DNA from: the human T2T-CHM13v2.0 reference genome, Homo sapiens
Strand: one strand, 5' to 3'
Assembly (NCBI RefSeq): GCF_009914755.1
Contig: NC_060945.1
DNA: 64,000 bases
The notes beneath the pieces were generated by a model. That model ran no database searches and was not told the origin of the DNA. It saw only the letters and a program-made list of their open reading frames with translations. The translations under genes were made by a program, and so were the position numbers. Positions 52,315-64,000 of this stretch are shown in pieces (position 1 is the stretch's first letter; each line of letters opens with the position of its first letter).

Positions 52315-55300
52315 TTAATGCAGACATCACAAAGTAGTTTCTCAGATTGCTTCTGTCTAGATTGTATGTGAAGATATTTCTTTTTCTACCATAGACTCCA
52401 AAGCGATCCAAATGTCCACTTGCAGATTCTACAAAAAGAGTGTTTCCAAACTGTTCAACCAAAAGAAAGTTCAACTCTGTGAGATGAATGCACGCATCAC
52501 AAAAAAGTTTCTCAGAGTTCTTCTGTCTAGTTTTTATGTGAAGATAATTTATTTTCCAATATAGGCCTCAAGGTGCTCGAAATGTCCACTTGCAGGTTCT
52601 ACAAAAGAATATTTCAAAACTGGTCCATCAAAAGAAAGGTTTAACTCTGTGAGATGAATGCAAACATCACAAAGAAGTTTCTCAGATTGCTTCAGTCTAG
52701 ATGTCATGTGAAGATATTTCCTTTTCTACCATAGCCTGCAAAACGCTCCAAATGTCCACTTTCAGATTCTACAAAAAGAGAGTTTCAAAACTGCTCCATC
52801 AAAATAAAGGTCCAACTCTGTCAGATGAATGCACACATCACAAAGAAGTTTCTCTTCTTGCTTCTGTCTAGATTGTATGTGAAGATATTTCTTTTTCCAC
52901 CATACACCTCAAAGCACTCCAAATGTCCACTTGAAGATTCTATAAAAAGAGAGTTTCAAAGCTCTTCAATCAGAAGAAAGGTTCAACTCTGTGAGATGAA
53001 TGCACACTTCACAAAGAAGTTTCTCAGATTTCTTCTGTATAGATTTTATGTTATGATATTTCTTTTTCTACCATAGGCCTCAAAGCGCTCCAAATGTCCA
53101 CTTGCAGATTCTACAAAAAGAGAGTTTCAAAACTTCTGAATTAAAAGAAAGGTTTAACTCTGTGAGATGAATGAACACATCACTAGGATGTTGCTCAGAT
53201 TGCTTCTGTCTAGATATTATGTGAAGATATTTCCTTTTCTATCATAGGCCGCAAAGCGCTCCAAATGTCCACTTGCAGATTCTACAAAAAGAATGTTTCC
53301 AAGCTCCTCATTCAAAAGAAAGATTGAACTCTGTCAGATGAACGCACACATCACAAAGAAGTTTCTCAGAATTCTTTTGTCTAGTTTTTATGTGAAGATA
53401 TTTCCTTTCCCACCATAGTCCTCAAAGTGCTCCAAATGTCCACTTGCAGATTCTACAGAGAGTTTCAAAGCTCCTTCATCAAAAAAAAAAATGTTAACCT
53501 CTTTCTGATGAATGCACACATCACAAAGAAGTTTCTCAAATTGCTTCTGTCTAGATTTTGTCTGAAGATATTTCCTTTTCTGCCACAGACTGCAAAGCAC
53601 TCCAAATATCCATTTTCAGATTCTACAAAAAGACTCTTTCCAAACTCTTCAATCAAAAGAAAGGTTCAACTCTGTAAGATGAACGCAGACATCACAAAGA
53701 TGTTTCCCAGAATTCTTCTGTCTAGTTTTTATGTGAAGATATTTCATTTTCCACCAGAGGCCTCAAGGTGCTCAAATTGTCCACTTGCAGATTCTACAAA
53801 AAGAGAGTTTCAAAACTGCTCAATCAAAAGAAAGCTTTAACTCTGTGAGATGAATGCACACATCACAAAGAAGTTTCTCAGATTGCTTCTGTCTACAATT
53901 TATGTGAAGATATTTCCTTTTATGCTATAGGCCCCAAAGCGCTCCAAATGTCCACTTGCAGATTCTACAAAAAGAGAGTTTCCAAACTGCTCAATCTAAA
54001 GGAAGGTTCAACTCTGTGAGAACAATGCACGCATCACAAAGAAGTTTCTCAGAATTCTTCTGTCTAGTTTTTATGTGAAGATACGTTATTTTCCACCATA
54101 GGCCACAAAGCACTCTACATATCCACTTGAAGATTCTACAAAAAGAGAGTTTCAAATCTGCTCCATCAAAGGAAAACTTCAACCCTCTGAGATGAATGCA
54201 CCAATCACAAAGAAGTTTATCAGATTACTTCTGTTTATATTTTATATGAAGATATTTCCTTTTCCAATATAGGCCTCAAAGTGCTCCAAATATCCACTTG
54301 TAGGTTTTACAAAAAGAGAGTTTCAAAACTGTTAAATCAAAACAAAGCTTTAACTCTGTGAGATGAATGCACACATCACAAAGAAGTTTCTCAGATTGCT
54401 TCTGTCCAGATTTTATGTGAAGATATTTCCTTTTCTACCATAGGCCGCAAAACGCTCTAAATGTCCACTTGCAGATTCTACAAAAAGAGTGTTTCCAAAC
54501 TGCTCAATCAAAAGAAAGATTCAACTCTGTTAGATGAATGCACACATCGCCAAGTCGTTTCTCAGAATTCTTCTGCCTAGTTTTTATTTGAAGATATTTG
54601 CTTTCCAACCATAGTCCTCAAAGCGCTCCAAATGTGCACTTGCAGATTCTACAAACAGAGAGTTTCAAAACTCGTGCATCAAAAAAAGTTTACCTCTTTC
54701 AGATGAATGAACACATCACAAAGAAGTTTCTCAGATTGCTTTTGTCTAGATTTTGTCTGAAGATATTTCCTTTTCTGCCATAGGCCACAAAGCGCTCCAA
54801 ATATCCACTTGCAGATCCTACAAAAAGAGTGTTTCTGAACTCCTCAATCAAAAGAAAGTTTCAACTCTGTGAGATGAATGCACACATCACAAGGAAGTTT
54901 CTCAGAGTTCTTCTGATTTGTTTTTATATGAAGATATTTCCTTTTCTGTCATAGGCCTTTAAGCGTTCCAAATATCCACTTGAAGATTCTACAGAAAGAG
55001 AGTTTCCAAAGGGCTCAATCAAAAGAAAGTTTTAACTCTGTGAGATGAATGCACACATCACAAAGAAGTTAATCAGATTGCTTCTGTCTAGATTTTATGT
55101 GAGGATATTTCTTTTTCCAGCCTAGGCCGCACAGCACTCCAAATGTCCTCCTGAAGATTCTACTACAAAAGTTTTTCCAAACTGCTCAATAAAAAGAAAG
55201 GTTCAACTCTGTGAGATGAATGCACACATCACAAAGTAGTTTCTCAGAATGCTTCTGTCTAGTTTTTATGCGAAGATATTTCCTTTTCCACCGTAGGCCT

Positions 55301-56700
55301 CAAAACGCCCCAAATGTCCACGTGCAGGTTCTACAAAAAGAGAGCTTCAAAACTGCTCAATCAAAGAAGTTTTAACTCTGTGAGATGAATGCACACATCA
55401 CAAAGAAGTTTCTCATATTGCTTCTGTCTACAATTTATGTGAAGATATTTCCTTTTATACCATAGGCCCCAAAGCGCTCCAAATGTCCACTTGCAGATTC
55501 TACAAAAGGAGTGTTTCCAAACTTCTCAATCAAAAGAAGGTTCAAATCTGTGAGAAGAACACAGGCATCATAAAGAAGTTTCTCAGAATTCTTCTGTCTA
55601 GTTTTTATGTGAAGATACATTATTTTCCACCATAGGCCACAAAGCACTCTAAATGTCCACTTGCAGATTCTACAAAAAGAGAGTTTCAAATCTGGTCCAT
55701 CAAAAGAAAACTTCAACCCTGTGAGATGAACGCACATATCACAAAGAAGTTTATCAGGTTGCTTCTGTCTAGATTTTATGTGAAGATATTTCCTTTTATA
55801 CCATAGATTGCAAAGCACTCCAAATGTCCACTTGAAGATTCTACAAAAAGAATGTTTCCAAACTGCTCAATCAAAAGAAATGTTCAGCTCTATGAGATGA
55901 ACACAGACATCACAAAGAAGTTTCTCAGAATTCTTCTATCTAGTTTTTATGTGAAGATATTTCCTTTTCCCCATAGGTCTAAAATCTCTCCAAATATCCA
56001 CTTGCAGATTCTACAAAAAGAGAGTTTCAAAACTACTGAATCAAAAGAAAGGTTTAACTGTGTGGGATGAATGCACACATCACAAAGAACTTTCTCAGAT
56101 TGCCTCTATCTAGATTTTAATGTGAATATCTTTCCTTTTCTACCATAGGCCTCAAAGCGCTCCAAAAGTCCACTTGCAGATTCTACAAAAAGAGTGTTTC
56201 CAAACAGCTCAATCAAAAGAAATTTTTGACTCTGTGAGATGAACGCACTCATCACAAAGATGTTTCTCAGAATTCTTCTGTCTAGTTTTTATATGAAGAT
56301 ACTTCCTTTTCCACGATGGGCCTCAATATGATCCAAATATCCACTTGCAGATTCTACAAAAGGAGTGTTTCAAAACTCCTCAATCAAAAGAAAGATTTAA
56401 CTCTGTGAGATGAATGCAACATCACAAAGAAGTTTCTCAGATTGCTTCTGTCTGGATTTTATGTGAAGATATTTCCTTTTCCACCATAGGCCTTTAAGAG
56501 CTCCAAATGTCCACTTCCAGATTCTACGTAAAGAGAGTAGCAAAATTGCTCAATCAAGAGAAAGTTTTAACTCTGTGAGATAAATGCACACATCATAAAA
56601 AAATTTCTCAGTTTGCTTCTGTCTATATTTTATGTGAGGGTATTCCGTTTTCTACCATAGGCTGCAAAGCTCCCCAAATATCCACTTACAGATTCTACCA
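52315..56700 (-). repeat. Alpha satellite, layer C (dimeric), original orientation
   Basis: ctcagattgcttctgtctagatt / ctcagaattcttctgtctagttt alternation, caaatgtcc; end approximate. Confidence 0.88.
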
Positions 56701-59700
56701 AAAGAGAGTTTCAAAACTACTCTGTCAAAAGATAGGTTCAAATCCGTGAGTTGAATGCACACATAACAAGGAAGTTTCCCAGAATGCTTCTGTGTAGTTT
56801 TTATCCGAAGATATTTCCTTTTCCAAAATAGACCACAAAGCCCTTCACATATTCACTTCCAGATTCTACAAAAAAAGTGTTTCAAAACTACTCAGTCAAT
56901 AGAAAGGTTCAACTCTGTGTGGTGAATGCATTTTTCTCAAAGAAGTTTCCCAGAATGCTTCTGTGTAGTTTTTATTTGAAGATATTTCATTTTCCATCAT
57001 AGGGCACAAAATGCTCCAAGTATCCACTTGCAGATTCTACAGAAAGAGAGATTTAAAAATGCTGAATCAAAAGATAGGGTCAACACTGTGAGTTGAATGC
57101 ACACATAACAAGAAGTTTCACAGAATGCTTCTGTGCAGTATTTATGTGAAGATATTTCCTTTTTCAAAATAGGCCTCAAATCGCTCCAAATATCCACTTG
57201 CAGATTCTACAAAAAGAGTGTTTCCAAACAGCTCAATCAAAAGAATGGTTAAATTCTGTGAGACAAATGCACACATCACAAGGATGTTTCTCAGAATGCT
57301 TCTGTGTAGTTTCAGTTTGAAGATATTTCCTTTTCCATTATAGGCCACAAAGGGCTCCAAATATCGACTTGCAGATTCTACAAAAGAGAGATTCAAATCT
57401 GCCCAGTCCAAAGATAGATTCAACTCTCTGAGTTGAATGCACATATCACAAAGAAGTTTCTCAGAATGCTTCTGTGTAGTTTTCATGTGAAGATATTTCG
57501 TTTTCCACAATGGGCCTCAAAGCTCTCCAAATATCAACTTGCAGATACTGCAAAAAGAGTGTTTCAAAACTGTTCAATCAAAGGAAGGTTTCAACTCTGT
57601 GTGATGAATGCACTCATCACAAAGAAGTTTCTCTGAATGCTTCTGTGTAGTATTTATTTGAAGATATATCCTTTTCCACCAAAGAGCACAAAGGGCTCCA
57701 AATATCCACTTGCAGATTCTACAAAAAGAGAGATTCAAAACGGCTCAATCAAAAGATAGGTTCAACTCTCTGAGTTGAATGCACACATCACAAAGAAGTT
57801 TCTCAGAATGCTTCTGTGTAGTTTTTATTTGAAGATATTTCCTTTTCCACAATAGGCCTGAAATCACTCCAAATATCCACTTGCAGATTCTACAAAAAGA
57901 GTGTTTCAAAACTACTCAATCAAAAGAAAGGTTCAACTCTGTGAGGTGAACGCACACATCACAAAGAAGTTTCTCAGAATGTTTTTGTGTAGTTTTTAGG
58001 TTAAGATATGTGCTTTTCCAAAGTAGGCCTCAAAGCGCTCATAATATCCACTTGCCGATTATACAGAAAGAGTGTTTCAAAACTGCTCTATCATAAGATA
58101 GGTTGAACCCTCTGAGATGAATGCACAGATCACAAAGACTTTTTTCAGAATTCTTCTGTGTAGTTTTTATTTGAAGATATTTCCCTTTCCACCATAGGAC
58201 GCAAATGGTTCCAAATATCCACTTGCAGATTCTACAAAAAGAGAAATAGAAATCTGTTCAATTATAAGATAGGTTCAACCTTGTGAGATGAATGCACACA
58301 TCACAAAGATGTTTCTCAGAATGCTTCTGTGTAATTTTTATGTGAAGATACTTCCTTTTCCACAATAGAGTGTTTCAAAACTTCCCAATCAAAAGAAAGG
58401 TTCAACCCTGTCAGATGAATGCTCACATCACAATCAAGTTTCTCAGAATGCTTCTGTGTAGTTTTTATTTGAAGATATTTTCTTTTCCACCATAGGCCAC
58501 AAAGGGCTCCAAATATCCACTTGCAGATTGTACAAAAAGAGAGATTCAAAACTGCCCAATCAAAAGATAGGTTCAACTCTGTTAGTTGAATGCACGCATC
58601 ACAGAAAAGTTTCCCAAAATGCTTCTGTGAAATTTTTATGTGAAAATATTTCTTTTTCCACAATGGGCCTCAAAGCTCTCCAAATATCAACTTGCAGATA
58701 CTGCAAAAAGTGTGTTTCAAAACTGCTCAATCAGAGGAGGATTTCAACTCTGTGTGATGAATGCACTCATCACAAAGAAGTTTCTCTGAATGCTTCTGTG
58801 TAATTTTTATTTGAAGATATTTCTTTTTCCACCATAGAGCGCAAAGGGCTCCAAATATCCACTTGCAGATTCTACAAAAAGATAGTTTAAAAACGGGTCA
58901 ATCAAAAGATAGGTTCAACTCTGTGAGTTGAAGACACCCATCAAAAAGAAGTTTCTCAGAATGCTTCTGTGTAGGTTTTATGTGAAGATATCTCCTTTTC
59001 TACAGTAGGCCTCAAATCGATCCAAATATCCACTTGTAGATTCTACAAAAACAGTTTCAAAACTGCTCAATCAAAAGATAGGTTCAATTCTGTGAGCTGA
59101 ATGCACTCACCACAGACATGTTTCTCAGAATGCTTCTGTGTAGTTTTTATGTGAAGATATTTCCTTTTCCACAATAGGCTTCAAAGCTCTCCAAATATCC
59201 ACTTGCCGATTCTGCAAAAAGAGAGATTCAAAACTGCTCAATCAAGACATAGGTTCAACTCTGTGAGTTGAATGCACATCTCCAAAGAAGTTTCTCAGAA
59301 TTCTTCTGTGTAGTTTTTATTTGAAGATATTTGCTTTTCCACAGTAGGCCTCAAAGCGCTACAAATATCCACTTGAAGTTTCTGCAAAAAGAGAGATTCA
59401 AAACTGCTCAATCAAAAGATAGATTCAACTCTGTGTGTTGAATTCACACATAACAAAGGAGTTTCTCAGAATGCTTCTGTGTAGTTTTTATGTTAAGATA
59501 TACCCTTTTCCAAAATAGGCCTCAAAGCCCTCCAAATATCCACTTCCAGATTCTACAAAAAGAGTGTTTCAAATTTGCTCAATGAAAAGAAACATTCAAC
59601 ACTGTGTGATGAATGCACTCCTCACAAAGAAGTTTCTCTGAATGCTTCTGTGTAGTTTTTATTTGAAGATATTTCCTTTTCAACTTTAGGGCACAAAGAG

Positions 59701-62700
59701 CTCCCAATATCCACTTGCAGATTCTACAAAAAGAGAGATTGGAAACTGCTCAATCAGAAGATACGTTCAACCCTGTGAGATGAATGCACACATCACAGAG
59801 AAGTTTCCCAGAATGCTTCTGTGTATGTAGTTTTTATTTGAAGATATTTCCTTTTCCACCATATGCTGCAAAGGGCTCTAAATATTCAATAACAAAGTCT
59901 ACAAAAGAGAGATTCCAAACTGCTCAATCAAAAGATCTGTTCAACTCTTTAAGTTTAATGCATATATAACAAAGAAGTTTCTCAGAATGTTTCTGTTCAG
60001 TTTTTATGTGAAGATATTTCTTTTTCCACCATAGGCCTCAAAGCCCTCCAAATATCCAATTCCAGATTCTACAAAAAGAGTGTTGCAAAATTGATCAATC
60101 AAAGGAAGGGTTCAACTCTCTGAGATGAATGCACTCATCACAAAGAAGTTTCTCAGAATGCTACTGTGCTCTTTTTATTTAAAGATATTTCCTTTTCCAC
60201 CATAGGGTGCAAAGGGCTCCAAATATCTACTTACGGATTCTACAAAAAGAGAGATTGAAAACTTCTCAATCAAAAAATAAGTTCAAATCTGTGAGTTGAA
60301 TGAACACATAACAAAGAAGTTTGTCAGAATGCTTCTGTGTAGTTTTTATGTGAAGATATTTCCTTTTCCAAAATAGGCCTCAAAGCTCTTGAAATATACA
60401 CTTCCAGATTCCACAAAAAGAGTGTTTCAAAATTGCTCAATCAAAGGAAAGGTTCAACTCTGTGTGATGAATGCACTCATCACAAAGAAGTTTCTCTGAA
60501 TACTTCTGTGTAGTTTTTATTTGAAGATATTTCATTTTCCACAATAGGGCGCAAAGGGCTCCAAATATGGACTTGAAGATTCTACAAAAAGAGAGATTCA
60601 AAGTTGCTCAATCAAAAGAAAGGTTCAACTCTGTGAGTTGAATGCACACATCACAAAGAAGTTTCTCAGAATGCTTCTGCGTAGTTTTTAAGTGAAGATA
60701 CTTCCTTTTCCACAATAGGCCTCAAACCGCTCCAGGTATCCCTTTGCAGATACTACAAAAAGAGTGTTTCAAAACTGCTCAATCAAAAGAAAGTTTCAAC
60801 TTTGTGAGATGAATGAACACATCACAAAGAGGTTTCTCAGCATGCTTCTGTGTAGTTTTTATGTGAACATATTTGCTTTTCCACAATAGGCCTCAAAGCT
60901 CTCCAAATATCCACTTGCAGATTCTGCAAAAAGAGAGATTCAAAAGTGCTCAATAAGGCGGTAGTTTCGACTCTGTGAGTTGAATGCACATCTCCAAAAA
61001 AGTTTCTCAGAATTCTTCTGTGTAGTTTTTATTTGAAGTATTTGCTTTTCCACCATAGGCCCCAAATCGCTACAAATATCCACTTGAAGATTCTGCAAAA
61101 AGAGAGAATCAAAACTGCTCAATCAAAAGATAGGTTCAACTCTGGATGTTGAATGCACACATAACAAAGGAGTTTCTCAGAATGCTTCTGTGTAGTTTTT
61201 ATGTTAAGATATACTCTTTTCCAAAATAGGCCTCATAGCCCTCCAAATATCCACTTCCAGATTCTACAAAGAGTGTTTCAAAACTGCTCAATGAAAAGTA
61301 ACGTTCAACACTGTGTGATGAATGCACTCCTCTCAAAGAAGTTTCTCTGAATGCTTCTGTGTAGTTTTTACTTGAAGATATTTCCTTTTCAACAATAGGG
61401 CACAAAGGGCTGCAAATATCCACTTGCAGATTCTACAAAAAGAGAGATTGGAAACTGCTCAATCATAAGAGGCGTTCAATTCTGTGAGATGAATGCACAC
61501 ATCACAGAGAAGTTTCCCAGAATGCTTCTGTGTAGTTTTTAAGTGAAGATACTTCCTTTTCCACAATAGGCCTCAAATCGCTCCAAATATCCACTTGCAG
61601 ATTCTACAAAAAGTGTGTTTCAAAACTCCTCAATCAAAAGAAAGTTTCAACTCTTTGAGATGAATGAACACATCACAAAGAAGTTTCTCAGAATGCTTCT
61701 GTTTTGTTCTTATTTGAAGATATTTCCTTTTCAGCAATAGGCCTCAAAACTCTCCACATATCCACTTGCAGATTCTGCAAAAAGGGAGATTCAGAGCTGC
61801 TCATTCAAAAGGTAGGTTCAACTCTGTGTTTTGAATACACACCTCACAACGAAGTTTCTCAGAATGCTTCTGTGTAGTTTCTATGTGAAGATATTTCCTT
61901 TTCTACAATAGGCCTCAAAGCTCTCCAAATAGCAACTTTCAGATTCTGCAAAAAGAGAGATTCAAAACTGCCCAATTAGCAGATAGGTTCAACTCTGTGA
62001 GTTGAATACACACATCACAAAGAAGTTTCTCAGAATGCTTCTGTGTAGTTTTTATTTGAAGTTATTTCCTTTTCCACCATAGGCCACAAAGGGATCAAAA
62101 CATCCAAATGCAGATTCTAAAAAAAGGAGATTCAAAACTGCTCAATCAAAAGAAACGTTCAACTCTGTGACATGAATGTACACACCACAAAAAAGTTTCT
62201 CAGAATATTTCTGTGTAGTTTTTATGTGAAGATATTTGCTTTTCCACGGTAGGCCTCAAAGCGCTCCAAATATGTACTTGCAGATTCTATAAAAGGAGTG
62301 TTTCAAAACTGCTGAATAAAAAGAAAGGATCAACTCTGTGAAATGAATGGACACATCACAAAGAAGTTTCTCAGAATGCTTCTGTGTAGCTTTTATTTGA
62401 AGGTATTTCCTTTTCCACCATAGGCCGCAAAGGGATCGAAATATCCAATTGCAGATTCTAAAAAAAGGAGATTCAAAACTGCCCATTTCTGTGTAGTCTT
62501 TATGTGAAGATATTTGCTTTTCCATGTTAGGCCTCAAAGCGATCCAAATATCTACTTGCAGATCCTGTAAAGTGAGTGTTTCAAAACTGCTGAATAAAAA
62601 GAAAGGATCAACTCTGTGAAATGAATGGACACATCACAAAGAAGTTTCTCAGAATGCTTCTGTGTAGTTTTTATTTGAAGGTATTTCCTTTTCCACCATA

Positions 62701-64000
62701 GGCCACAAAGGGATTGAAATATCCAATTGCAGATTCTAAAAAAAGGAGATTCAAAACTGCTCAATCAAAATAAACGTTCAACTCTGTGACATGAATGTGC
62801 ACACCACCAAAAAGTTTCTCAGAATGTTTCTGTGTAGTTTTTATGTGAAGATATTTGCTTTTCCACGGTAGGCCTCAAAGTGCTCCAATTATGTACTTGC
62901 AGATTCTATAAAAGGATTGTTTCAAAACTGCTGAATAAAAAGAAAGGATCAATTCTGTGAAATGAATGGACACATCACAAAGAAGTTTCTCAGAATGCTT
63001 CTGTGTAGTTTTTATTTGAAGGTATTTCCTTTTCCACCATAGGCCGCAAAGGGCTCCAAATATCCAATTGCAGATTCCAAAAAAAAGGAGATTCAATACT
63101 GCTCAATCAAAAGAAAGGTTCAACTCTGTGAATTGAATGCACACATCACAAAGAAGTTTATCAGAATGCTTCTGTGTAGCTTTTATGTTAAGATATTTCC
63201 TTTTCCACAATAGGGCTGATATCGCTCCAAATATCCACTTGCAGACTCTACAAAAACAGTGTTTCATAACTGCTCCATCAAAATAAAGAATCAACTCTGT
63301 GAGGTGAATGCACACATCACAAAGAAGTTTCTCTGAATGCTTCTGTGTAGTGTTTATGTGAACATATTTGCTTTTCCACAATAGGCCCCAAAGTGCTCCA
63401 AATATCCACATGCTGATTTCTACAAAAAGAGTGTTTCAAAACTGCTCAATCATAAGGTAGGTTCGTCCTGTGAGATGAATGCACACATCAAAACGAAGTT
63501 TCTCAGAATGCTTCTGTGTAGTTTTTATTTGAACATATTTCCTTTTCCACCATAGGCCACAAAGGGCTCCAAATATCCACTCACAGATTCTACAAAAAAA
63601 GAGATTCAAAACTGTTTAATCAAAAGCTAGGTTCAACTCTGTCAGTTGAATGCACACATCACAAAGAAGTTTCTCAGAATGCTTCTGTGTAGTTTTTACA
63701 TGAAGATATTTCCTTTTCCCCAATAGGCCTCAAAGCTCTCCAAATATCCACTTGCAGATTCTGCAAAAAGAGATTCAAAACTGCTCCATCAAAAGAGAGG
63801 TTCGACTGTCAGTGGAATGCACACATCACAAAGTAGTTTCTCAGAACGCTTCTGTGTAGTTTGTATGTGAAGATATTTCCTTTTCAACCATAAAGCACAA
63901 AGGGCTCCAAATATCAAGTTGCAGATTGTACCAAAAGAGAGTTTAAAAACGGCTCAATCAAAACATAGGTTCAACTCTGTGAGTTGAATGCACACGTCAC
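56701..64000 (-). repeat. Alpha satellite, layer B-like (TCTGTGTAG, AAGATAGG, GAGAGATTC)
   Basis: Same diagnostics as 3960-29640; start approximate. Confidence 0.9.
62040..63110. repeat. Local 2-mer (~342 bp) tandem repeat x3, one copy carrying a ~64-bp deletion
   Basis: gctgaataaaaagaaaggatcaa.tctgtgaaatgaatggacac at 62311, 62589, ~62930; deletion junction aaaactgccc|atttctgtgtag at ~62485. Confidence 0.88.

Noticed and set aside
751-63411. About 90 short ORFs with recurring peptides (MNAHITKKFLRMLL..., ...CKWIFGAL...) resembling a repeat-protein family
   Set aside because: They are translations of the 171-bp (57-codon) satellite monomer. They stop at random, flip strand with the satellite orientation and show no gene structure.
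1-64000. Regular repeat array superficially like a CRISPR array or other prokaryotic system
   Set aside because: Whole monomers repeat with no unique spacers, there are no cas-like ORFs, and the sequence is primate alpha satellite with Alu and L1.

Overview
Human (peri)centromeric DNA. Almost the whole 64 kb is divergent ~171-bp alpha-satellite of the A-type/monomeric kind, and I saw no CENP-B box. There are no genuine protein-coding genes: the ORF track is satellite read-through plus an L1 ORF2 remnant. Three young retrotransposons interrupt the satellite: a 5'-truncated, 5'-inverted L1PA2/3-like element (3575-3959), a minus-strand L1PA2/3-like fragment (35447-36335) and an AluYb-lineage element (39925-40237). 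Main structure: (i) an apparently perfect 8,967-bp (~53-monomer) tandem duplication with a 36-bp homology junction; (ii) an ~11.7-kb opposite-strand block (40577-52314) whose two junctions are not reciprocal; (iii) mirror-ordered monomer families A-B-C-D|D-C|C-B; (iv) many local 2-, 3-, 5- and 10-mer duplications of different ages that look like incipient or relic higher-order repeats. I found no novel gene system; the interest lies in how the satellite evolved. Satellite strand is given relative to the usual consensus orientation (CATTCTCAGAAACTTCTTTGTGATGTG = '+'). All comparisons were made by eye.
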